The notes under the pieces: generated by a model
Seen by the model: the letters and a program-made list of their open reading frames with translations, nothing else
The model's database searches: none
Told to the model about the DNA's origin: nothing
Source: Bacteroidales bacterium
GTDB taxonomy: Bacteria; Bacteroidota; Bacteroidia; Bacteroidales; WCHB1-69
Assembly: GCA_024400835.1 (NCBI GenBank)
Contig: JAKSMC010000005.1
Span: 27,456 to 91,455, forward strand
DNA: 64,000 nucleotides
Direction of reading: 5' to 3'
Translations under genes and position numbers: made by a program
In this document: one piece after another, positions 46,940 to 57,000 of the stretch
Numbering within the stretch: position 1 is the stretch's first letter
Layout of the letters: each line of letters begins with the position of its first letter

Positions 46940-47521
46940 ATGAACGCTGCAAAGTTGTCTGACAATGAATTGATATTACGTTATCAATCCGGTGATGAAT
47001 CTGCTTTAAAAGCCCTAATTGATCGCTATCAGAAGCGGTTGTTTTCCTATATCCTCATTTCTGTAAAGAACAAGGAATTGGCGGAAGACATCTTCCAAGA
47101 CACCTTTATTAAGGTGATTAACACCATACGCTCTGGAAACTACCACGAAGAAGGTAAGTTCTTCCAGTGGATTATGCGTATTGCCAACAATTTGAAAATC
47201 GACTACTACCGAAAAGTCCAACGTATGCCCATGTTTGAGAGCAATGGGGAATACGACATCTTTGACCTGATTGGAAGCAAAGAGGATTCTGTTGAGCAGA
47301 AGTTGTTCAAAGAACAGGTCTATTCTGATCTGACGCGTTTGGTGGAATACCTTCCGGAAGAACAGAAGTCGGTGATTCGATTGCGCATTTATCAGGATTA
47401 CAGTTTCAAGGAGATTGCCGCCATGACAGGCGTGAGCATTAACACCGCCTTGGGCAGAATGCGTTATGCCCTTATCAATTTGAGAAAAATCATAGAGAAG
47501 AACAATGTTGTTATAGAATAA
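46940..47521 (+). CDS. Sigma-70 family (ECF-type) RNA polymerase sigma factor
   Basis: Region 2 is RYQKRLFSYILISV...AEDIFQDTFIKV. The region 4 HTH is SFKEIAAMTGVSINTALGRMRYA. Confidence 0.85.
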   Translation: MNAAKLSDNELILRYQSGDESALKALIDRYQKRLFSYILISVKNKELAEDIFQDTFIKVINTIRSGNYHEEGKFFQWIMRIANNLKIDYYRKVQRMPMFESNGEYDIFDLIGSKEDSVEQKLFKEQVYSDLTRLVEYLPEEQKSVIRLRIYQDYSFKEIAAMTGVSINTALGRMRYALINLRKIIEKNNVVIE

Positions 47522-47563
47522 CATGCTCTTGTGAGACCGTAATTTAAAAATTAAAATCCCTTA

Positions 47564-47607
47564 TCGGGCGCAAAGAAAAAAAATGTACTTTTGCGCCCGA
47601 TTTTTTT
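47564..47607 (+). terminator. Terminator hairpin whose descending arm contains the efp -7 box
   Basis: TCGGGCGCAAA (47564..47574) pairs with TTTGCGCCCGA (47590..47600), followed by T7. TACTTTTG at 47586..47593 overlaps the right arm. Confidence 0.65.
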
Positions 47608-47628
47608 AACTAAAATAGAATTAATTAT

Positions 47629-48198
47629 ATGGCAACAACAGCTGATTTTAAGAATGGATTGTGCATTGTGCATAACAATGAATTGTGGACAATCGTAGAA
47701 TTTCAACATGTAAAACCTGGTAAGGGCAATACTTTCGTTCGTACGAAACTCAAACACATCAAGTCTGGTCGTGTACTCGAATTCCGTTTCGATGCAGGTG
47801 TCAAAGTCGAACTCGCCCGTGTAGAACGCCGCCCGTATCAGTTCCTCTATAAGGAAGGTGAAACCACCTATAATTTCATGCATACTGAAACTTACGAGCA
47901 ACTCGCTATCGAAAAGGACTTGATCAACAACCCTGGTCTTTTGAAAGAAGGACAAACCGTTGAAATCATGTATCATACCGATACCGACACCCCGCTTACT
48001 TGTGAATTGCCTCCATTCGTTGAATTGGAAATCATCGAAGCAGATCCCGGCATCAAGGGCGATACTGCTACGAACTCTCTGAAACGTGCTGTCGTTGAAA
48101 CAGGTGCTGATGTTTATGTGCCTCTGTTTATCAATGTTGGCGAAAAAATCAGAGTCGATACTCGTGATAATAAATACTCAGAAAGAGTTAAGGAATAA
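47629..48198 (+). CDS. efp: Elongation factor P
   Basis: VEFQHVKPGKGNTFVRTKLK is the EF-P loop with the conserved Lys. 189 aa. Confidence 0.95.
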   Translation: MATTADFKNGLCIVHNNELWTIVEFQHVKPGKGNTFVRTKLKHIKSGRVLEFRFDAGVKVELARVERRPYQFLYKEGETTYNFMHTETYEQLAIEKDLINNPGLLKEGQTVEIMYHTDTDTPLTCELPPFVELEIIEADPGIKGDTATNSLKRAVVETGADVYVPLFINVGEKIRVDTRDNKYSERVKE

Positions 48199-49169
48199 TG
48201 AAGTTTCCCCAACCCATTTCAGTTGAAGAACTCGTCCGAATCATCGGAATGCCCGTGACGCGTAGGGGTGACTTTGCTGGCCAAGTGGTCGGAATCAATG
48301 AATTGCATTCCGTGGAACCTGGCGAGGTTACTTTCGTGGACTGCGACAAATACTACAGCCGCGTTTTGCAAAGTCCTGCTTCTGTCGTCATCATCAATAA
48401 GGTGGATGTGGATTGCCCTGAAAACAAGGTCTTGTTGTTCAGCGAGGATCCCTTGCGCGACTATCTGTCTGTGGTCAAGCATTTCAAAAGCTATGAGCCC
48501 CAGCAAGTCAACATTCATCCAACTGCCGTTATTGGCGAAGGAACCGTTTTGGAACCTTTCGTCTTCGTCGGCAGGAATGTGAAAATAGGTAAGAACTGCA
48601 TTATTCATTCCAATGTGTCTATTTATGAGGACACAACGATTGGAGATGATGTCATTATCCATTCCAATACTACCATAGGCGGTGATGCGTGCTATTTTCA
48701 GAAACGTGCTGACCGTTGGATCAAATTGGAGTCCTGTGGCAGCACCTTCATTGGAAATGATGTCGAAGTAGGTTGCAATTGCTGCATTGATAAAGGCGTG
48801 TCAGGCGTGACCTATATAGGCGACGGAACGAAGTTTGACAATCTTGTCCAAATCGGTCACGACACCCATATCGGCAAGCGAGTGCTCCTTGGCGCTCAGT
48901 CTGGTGTCGCAGGCTGCACCTATGTGGATGACGACTGCAAGATCTGGGCCAAGGCATGCGTGAATAAGGACCTGTATGTGGCCAAAAACACCGTGCTGTA
49001 CGCACTTTCTGCAATTGACAAAAGTGTGGAAGTGGAAGGCCAGACGCTCTTCGGCATTCCCGCGGATGATGCCAAAAAGAAATGGAGAGAACTCGCATAT
49101 TTACGAAAACTCTCCACTTTGGTAGACGATGTGAACGAACTGAAAAAAGAAATAAAAAGCAGGAATTAA
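48198..49169 (+). CDS. lpxD: UDP-3-O-acylglucosamine N-acyltransferase (LpxD family)
   Basis: Has an N-terminal LpxD-type domain followed by left-handed beta-helix hexapeptide repeats. The ATG overlaps the efp stop by 1 nt. Confidence 0.75.
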   Translation: MKFPQPISVEELVRIIGMPVTRRGDFAGQVVGINELHSVEPGEVTFVDCDKYYSRVLQSPASVVIINKVDVDCPENKVLLFSEDPLRDYLSVVKHFKSYEPQQVNIHPTAVIGEGTVLEPFVFVGRNVKIGKNCIIHSNVSIYEDTTIGDDVIIHSNTTIGGDACYFQKRADRWIKLESCGSTFIGNDVEVGCNCCIDKGVSGVTYIGDGTKFDNLVQIGHDTHIGKRVLLGAQSGVAGCTYVDDDCKIWAKACVNKDLYVAKNTVLYALSAIDKSVEVEGQTLFGIPADDAKKKWRELAYLRKLSTLVDDVNELKKEIKSRN

Positions 49170-49185
49170 ATTCCTGCTTTTTTTT
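49154..49185. terminator. Bidirectional terminator overlapping the lpxD stop codon
   Basis: AGCAGGAA-TTAAA-TTCCTGCT is flanked by A4 and T7. The lpxD TAA lies in the loop. Confidence 0.75.
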
Positions 49186-49828
49186 ATTTCAGTTGTTTTT
49201 TGACACTTTTAAGTTCGGATTCGACTTGCTCGATTTCTGATTCTTTGTTGGTGATGTCTTTCTTGTTCTTTTCGAGCTCTTTGTTCAATTTTTCAATTTG
49301 TTTGTTGATTTTCTCTTGCTCTTTGGTCAGATCTTTCTTCTCTTTGGTGAGTTTTGAAATCTGATCTTCCAAACTTTTTGCTTTCTGCTGAAGGGCGTAT
49401 TCATTAACGTAGTTTACGAAATCACGAAGGAACACTTTGACATAATCAGCTGTTTCAGGATTGTTCTGAGAAGTGATAGTGTTCTTGTTGCCAGAACAAA
49501 CGATAAGTGAAAGCTGAGTGGTTCTGTTCTTCTTCTTGCCATATTCACCGACGGTGAAATAGATGTCGTAGTTCTCTTTGCCAAACGGAGAGAACGGTTG
49601 GTTTAAGTAGGCACGGAAACCGCTTTCTTTGGAAGCTTTGAGATTATATTGCTTCTCGAGTTTGTCTCGGAAGGCGGCCTCAACAGTTTTCACATCGGCA
49701 TTAGGAACGTCAATCAAGTAGCCGGCGAGTTGCTGTTTGCCGAAATTGATCATTGATTCTTTGGCGTTTTGAGCGGAAATGGAAAGTACCGCACAAAAAA
49801 TAACGGTTAGAATAGTTAGTTTTTTCAT
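49184..49828 (-). CDS. Secreted hypothetical protein with C-terminal coiled coil
   Basis: Signal peptide is MKKLTILTVIFCAVLSISAQ. The C-terminal K/E-rich heptads are LTKEKKDLTKEQEKINKQIEKLNKELEK. Confidence 0.6.
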   Translation of the reverse strand: MKKLTILTVIFCAVLSISAQNAKESMINFGKQQLAGYLIDVPNADVKTVEAAFRDKLEKQYNLKASKESGFRAYLNQPFSPFGKENYDIYFTVGEYGKKKNRTTQLSLIVCSGNKNTITSQNNPETADYVKVFLRDFVNYVNEYALQQKAKSLEDQISKLTKEKKDLTKEQEKINKQIEKLNKELEKNKKDITNKESEIEQVESELKSVKKQLK

Positions 49829-49902
49829 TGGTGTTTTATTTGATTAATAATTGATTTTTTCTCGAGCGGCAAAAATAAAAAAAATTATTTTTGCCGCCTC
49901 AA

Positions 49903-50880
49903 ATGACAATGGCGATAAAGGAATTGATTTCTAAGATTGACTTCCCTGTCTATCTGGCCCCTATGGAGGGCGTGACGGATGGAGCGTTTCGTCGTATGTG
50001 CAAAACTAAGGGCGCTGATGTGCTGATATCGGAATTCATTTCATCGGATGCGCTTTCCCGTGAGGTGGATAAAAGCATTCGGAAAATGGATTTCGAAGAG
50101 TCCGAACGCCCTTTCGGTGTCCAGATATTCGGTCATGACGAGCAGTCTCTTATAGCGGCGGCAAGGATGGCTGAGAACTGTCATCCTGACTTTATCGATA
50201 TTAACTGGGGCTGTCCGGTTAAGAAAGTGGTCAATAAAGGAGCTGGGTCTGCGGCATTGCAGGATGTTCCCCGGATGGCCAGATTGACAGAAGCTGTCGT
50301 TAAGGCTGTGTCGTTGCCCGTAACTATCAAAACCAGGTTGGGATGGGACAGCAGCAGCAAGCCCATCATGGAAGTCGCGGAACGCATGCAGGATGTCGGT
50401 GTGCAGGCTATCGCCATTCACGGCAGGACCCGTGCGCAAATGTATGGCGGTGTGGCCGACTGGGACATGATAGGGGAGGTGAAGTCCAATCCGCGTATTG
50501 AAATTCCTGTTATTGGTAATGGGGACATTGACAGTGCGGAGAAAGCTATCGAATATAAAAAACGCTATGGCGTGGATGCCATCATGGTAGGCCGTGCGGC
50601 AATTGGAAATCCTTGGATCTTCCAGCAGATAAAGGATGCCTTTTATGGGCGCGAGTCTGTCATCCCCGGCTATGAGGAGCGTGTGCGCACTGTCATAGAA
50701 CAGCTTGAAATCGCGGCCGAAATGAAAGGCGAGCGACGTGCGGTTTGCGAAATGCGGTCTCAATATGCAGGCTATTTCAAAGGGTTGTATAATTTCAAGC
50801 CGGTTCGAATGAACCTGATGAATGCGACCACAATTGAAGAGTGTAAAGCCATTCTTCGAACATATCATACTGATATATAG
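49903..50880 (+). CDS. dusB: tRNA-dihydrouridine synthase (DusB-like)
   Basis: Motifs are LAPMEGVTDGAFR, DINWGCP and HGRTR. The track start at 49891 is TTG. The first ATG is at 49903, after TATTTTTG. Confidence 0.85.
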   Translation: MTMAIKELISKIDFPVYLAPMEGVTDGAFRRMCKTKGADVLISEFISSDALSREVDKSIRKMDFEESERPFGVQIFGHDEQSLIAAARMAENCHPDFIDINWGCPVKKVVNKGAGSAALQDVPRMARLTEAVVKAVSLPVTIKTRLGWDSSSKPIMEVAERMQDVGVQAIAIHGRTRAQMYGGVADWDMIGEVKSNPRIEIPVIGNGDIDSAEKAIEYKKRYGVDAIMVGRAAIGNPWIFQQIKDAFYGRESVIPGYEERVRTVIEQLEIAAEMKGERRAVCEMRSQYAGYFKGLYNFKPVRMNLMNATTIEECKAILRTYHTDI

Positions 50881-50939
50881 TTTCTTATTTCGTTATTTTT
50901 TTTTGATAAAAAACTATTTGGCAAAAAGCAAAAAAAATG

Positions 50940-50947
50940 TATTTTTG
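50940..50947 (+). promoter_or_regulatory. -7 box TATTTTTG for the giant ORF
   Basis: AAAATGTATTTTTGTCGG, 70 nt upstream of the ATG at 51017. Confidence 0.4.
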
Positions 50948-51016
50948 TCGGCTTATTGTATTTTATGCAATAAATATTTTATATGCAAAAAAAATAATAA
51001 TTAATACTATACAAAA

Positions 51017-54000
51017 ATGAAAAAACTTCACTTACTGTTTGTGGCTTTATGCTTGCCATTTGCGATTTTTGCACAACAGATGGACACAGTTAACGTGCTA
51101 TTTGAGGATTTCGACGACCCCAATGCAACGTGCCACATGTCCACGTCCTATGTCCTTGGTGGCATGGACGGCGACTGGAGGCGAGATGCAACGTTGTATT
51201 CCTCTGCACCGTACTCATTTCATTCTCCGGTTTATACCGTTTCTCAAAACTCACAATTGTCTTCGGACGCTATTTCGTTGGAGGGCACCAGCCTATCACA
51301 AGTCAACAGAGTTTATCTGTATTTTGACCATATTTGCAAAGTGAGCCAACGTGATCAATCTTATTTGTGTTACTCTTTAGGCTATATCGACCAGTCGGGT
51401 AACTACCAGTGGGCTACACCGCAGACAATAAGCTTTACGGAAACCAGTGATTTCTATTATGGAGATGCTGTTTCCGTGACAGGCGGTAAATTCAGCGATA
51501 ACATGTATGGTACGGCCACGACGGGTACATGGAATCCGAATAACATGTCCGCGGTTCCCAATAACACATGGTGGCGACATGAATATTTTGATATTTCCCA
51601 ATTTGTGTTGGGCAAAACCATCACTGTGTTAGGTGTATCTCACCCGGTTACGCACTTCAGAATCATTTTCAGAACGAATAAGTCTTCCACATCCACTTCT
51701 GGAACTGAAGCCTGTGCTGGTTGGTACGTTGACAATGTCAAGTGCGTGTTCTCTAATTGTGAACTTGTGCAACCTAAAATCGAACTCCAACCCACAGTTT
51801 ATGTGAACAAGAACAACAGTTTGCTGAACAATATCGGACCTTATACTATTAAGGCCAAAATTACCGATAACGACACTTTGAATGTGAATTCCCTGGCCTT
51901 CACATACTCCATCAACAGTGGAGCACCCGTGACTGTTCCGAACAACATTACCAGCAACACTCGCCCGTCAGGAACCCATCAGCTATTGGCTCAATGGGAT
52001 CTTCCGAGCATCTGCTACTATGATACCATCCGTTATCACATTGGTATTAACGACGTTCACGGTAGTACTGCTTTGCCTATAGACACCCCGTTGATTGCAT
52101 GGCACAACCAAACGAACATTCATCAGAACGACTGTCACTTGGATAGTTTGAATACTTTCCCGCATTGCTTCATTACTGGCGTCGCTGAACCTGTGACTGT
52201 TTATTTCAAAAACAAGAGTGATGCTGTCAATTCACTTGGTGGACCATATCAGACTGGTTTGAATGTCACCTTGAAAGTTGAGAATGAAAACCATCAGCAA
52301 ACACATAGCTCTTCTCATGATTGGACGGGCTCCCTTTGCTTCGATGAAAGAGACAACCTCTCCTTGGGCACATTTACTCCGACACATGGTTTCAACTACA
52401 TCACTGTCTATATTAACACTCGTAATGGCCAGCCTGATGGTTTCCACGGCACAGGTGCTGTTCCGACTACTTGGAGTGATACTATCCGCGTGGTGGGCTA
52501 TGCGTGCGACAGCTTGCTGCATGGTGACTACACAGTGGGTGGCACCAATCCGGACTTCGCTTCTATGAACGAAGTCAAGGCCGCTTTGTCATATTGCGGT
52601 GTGAACGGACCTACCACTTTCCATCTCCGTCCAGGAACCTATCAAGATTTCGATTTCCGCACCAAATACGAAGGTGTTTCCGCAACGAATACCATTACGT
52701 TCCAAGGAGATAATGCTAACACTGTAATTGTAACGAACAACCATCCTGATACAAACAATAACATCTATGGTGCCGTTACTTTGATTGGCGTTGACAACAT
52801 CTATTTTAAGAATCTGAAGATTCAAGGTGCTACCAATGCTGTCTCCCGTGCTGTTGTCTTGAGAGGCAACGGAAGTAGAAACATCGTCTTCGACGGCTGT
52901 AACATTGTGGCCAACTCGACAAACTCTACCGCAAATACCAGTTTCGCATTAGGCCGTGCCACAGCTGCTGCTGCCACAGCAGGCCAACCTGCAGTTTCCG
53001 ATACTGTCACCATCCGCAATTGTAGGTTCACAGGCGGTAACTACGGTATTTACTACATGGGTTCAACAGCTCGTAGAAACCAACTTACCATTCAAGACAA
53101 CGATATCACCTCCTGTTACAAAGGTATCTACACAAGCTATTGTAATTCCTTGGTCAAGGGCAACCACATTAAGCAGATTGCTGCAAACACCCATATGAAC
53201 TTTACGGGTATCAATGTTGAACAGACCACTGGTATTGATATCGATGGCAATACGATTGACAGCACTTTCGATGTTGAATATGGTATTTTGTTGAAAACAG
53301 CTTCTGTTAATGATTTCTATGTTCGCAACAACCATGTTCTTGTAGGCAATTCCAATTTCGGTATTGATATCGAAAGTAGTAACTCCTCAGCAACGGATAC
53401 CGGCTATATCTACAACAACGAAGTGATTCTCTATCCTGTGACGGCTGCTGCATCCTATGCTGTTCAAATTAAGTCTTGTAACGGATTGAAGTTGACGAAC
53501 AACAGTTTCTATGTCAAATCAGATGCTCCGTATAGCAATACCGCCGCATTGAGAATTGAAAACAACAATAATACATTTTTAAACAATAATATATTATTAA
53601 ACTATACTAATTGTAGCGACAATACGAACTATCCTCTTTACTTGAATGGAACATCTTCATTCAAAGGTACGTATAATGATTTGATTTCTGCATCTGGTGT
53701 CATTGCTTATAAGACTGTAGCAAGAAATACTATTGAGGAATTGGAAAGTGCCGTTAATGGTACGAACAACTTCACCAGCCACAATATTAGCGTACTTCCT
53801 CCTATTGCAGACCCGACAAGTAGTTTGCTTCCTACAGACTTCACCGGTTTGGAATGTGGTAAGAACATGGATGTAGCTACAGATATTCGTGGCACAGAAC
53901 GTACTGACCTTACCTATATGGGTGCGTATGCTAATCAGATTGCTGCTACCGATGCTGCAGTTGTTGCTATGACAAATCCCGCTTCTGGAACCTGCCCGCA

Positions 54001-57000
54001 GGGTTCTTACAATATTACCGTTTCAATTGCCAACAAGGGCTCTCAAGCTCTGAACTTCGCAAGCCACAATGCTACGGTGACAGTTCATTCTGACACATTG
54101 AACCTCACACAAACTGCTAACATAAATACGGGTTCTATTCCTGTCTTGGGTTCAATTTCCAAGGTGATTGCAAATAACATTGCTATTCCTGTCAATCAAA
54201 CTATAGACTTCACTTTCATTATTCATACCAATGGTGATGCCAACTATTTGAACGACACACTGCGTACATTCTTCGTGTTAGAAGCTGCTGTTCCTGATTA
54301 TGAAGAAGATTTCAGCAATGGTACAAAACAAACTTGGACCATTATGCAAACCAGTACGTCCGGTGCTGGTAACTGGACATTCCAGGAAGGTACGGGCGTT
54401 AACCCCGCCATTGCTCCTGTTTATGGTACTGGCCGCCTCTTCTTCAACTCAAAGGCTTTTGCTAATAACACAGAATCTCGTGCTATCATGCCTGTCGTTG
54501 ACTTGGCTAACTCCGTTAATCCTATTTTGGAAGTCTGGTTCGCTCATGACAATACGGCCAACAAAACTGCTGAGGGTGTTACTGTGAAGATTTCTACCGA
54601 TGGCGGTACTACCTTCAATGCTATCAATCCTCAAGGTCAGAACACTTCTCTGTTGAAGAGATATCTTGCCACTGCAACTACTCCGCAATGGACACTGTAT
54701 ACTTATGATCTTTCCAACTATGTTTCCTCTGGTTGCGTCTATATCGCATTTGATGCCAAATCACAACAAGGTAATAACATTAACATCGACCGTATCCGTC
54801 TGAGAAATCTTTGCAACAATGATGTCGCTGTTACCAATGTTTATGCTCAGGGTGAAACTCCCGCACAGTATTCTTTGGATGGTGTTGTCAAAGCAATGGT
54901 TCGTAACGAAGGCCGTCAGACACAGAACAACGTTAAGGTATATCTTAATGTAACTGGTAGCGCCGAACAATATCATGACTCATTGACTGTCGCTTCCCTT
55001 GCTTCTGGTGCAGAAACAATAGTTACATTCCCACTTCATCATTATAATGTCACAGAAGTGAAGAACGTCGAAGTTCGTTCTCGTAATGATGAAAACAATG
55101 CCAACAATGCATCCAATTGGAGAATGGTTACCACTCAGAATGTCGTCAATTATGCAGACACCTCTGCAGTCGCTTTGAAGACTGGTGACTATACTGCTGT
55201 TATTCGTCCTTGTGTTCGCTATAGAGCCACCGATGAATTGGTCGTCAGTGCTGTGAAATATTACTATGATCAATCATACATCGCCAATCCGAGTGCCGGC
55301 TTCAGAGCTTTCGTCGCCAATGCTGCTGGCAATATCGTGGCCACATCTGACCTCGTGAACTTCAACGACCTGACGCAAGGTGATTGGAATATCATTCCTA
55401 TCAATAATTTCGCATTGTCTAACATGCATGATATGTATGTCGGTATCGAAATGCTTGCCAATGGTGACTACCTCTGCTCACAGGTTGAAACTCCGCTGAG
55501 AGATTCTACATTCTATTATCTCAACAATGGTTTATACGAACCGCAGACATTCGGCCGTTTCATGATTGGTGCTGTTATTGATACACCTCATGTTCATGAT
55601 TTCGCAATCCTTGATCTCCAAAATCCTACTACACGTTGTGATCTTGGTCATGAGCAAATTACCGTGGGCATCACCAACAACGGTTCTCAGGATATTCCTG
55701 CCGGTACTGTGTTGAAGTATTCTGTAAATGGTGCTTCTCCTGTTTCCGAAACGCTTACAATGGCTATCCCGAGTCATGCAACGACGAATTATGCTTTCAA
55801 CACGATTTATGACTTTACAAACAACCAAGTCAACATCGATGACAATTACAATATCAAAGTTTGGGTCGTGAAAGATGCGCAGGATCGTTTGCAATACAAT
55901 GATACTTTGAATATGACGATTTCCTCTCTCGGAAAATCTGCTACTCCTATCTTGGCTCAGGATACTGTCAACGTCAACTATTACACTACAGGAACATTGA
56001 CAGCAACTATGCCGTCATCCATTTCCGAAGGTGTGTTCGGCTGGTTTACCAACAGCGGTTATGAACAGTGGAACTTGCTGACCTACGGCAATACGTATAC
56101 TACTCCTGTCACATTCTTTGACACTGTATATTATGTGAATGCAAATCCGGGTTCAATCCATGACACTATCGTCGGCACTGGAACACTTACAGGTGCACAG
56201 CCGTTTATCTTCACCAATGGCTACTCCAGAGGACGCAGTATTTACGATGCAACGGAAATCGGACACAACGGTATGATTACTCAAATCGGCCTCTACGTCA
56301 ACAATGCTGCTACTGGCCAAGACGGTATTCCTATCAAACTTTACATGAAGCAGACCGACATGAGCCTTCTTCCTACTGCAGCTGCAGCTGTGGATTGGGC
56401 TTCAGAAACCGCTTCCGCAACTCTGGTCTATGATGGTAGAATCTTCTTCAACCACACAGGCTGGTTCTATATTGACCTTATGACTCCGTTTGAATATACG
56501 GATGGCAATCTTATCGTTATGACTGAAACCAATTGCGCTGATTATTGTACAGGCACAGGTTCTCAATGTAATAACTGCGGTCAATATGTTTCTGGTTCAA
56601 CTGGTTACCCTGTCTTCCGTCAGACTCAATTAGCCGGAGGTTCTCAATACAAGAGCGGCAACACCCTCGCTTCTCTTGAAAGCAACTACACCGCTTATAA
56701 CAGACGCCTTAATATGTCATTCCGCGTAGTTGACCTTGAATGCGGTAGTGAAAAGGTTCCTATCTACGTTCACGTTCCGGATATTCCGACATACGATGTG
56801 AAGACGATGTCTATGGATTACCCGACTTATGAGGCTCAAGGTATTTGTGCCCTGTATGATGAAAATATCCAAGTCAGTGTGAAGAACTTGCTGAATGTTC
56901 CTATTCCTGCAAACAAGGTTATGGTTCACGCAATCATCAATGGTACACACCTCACACAACTGATTACAGAACCGTTTGCTTCTGAAGAACTGAAAACAGT

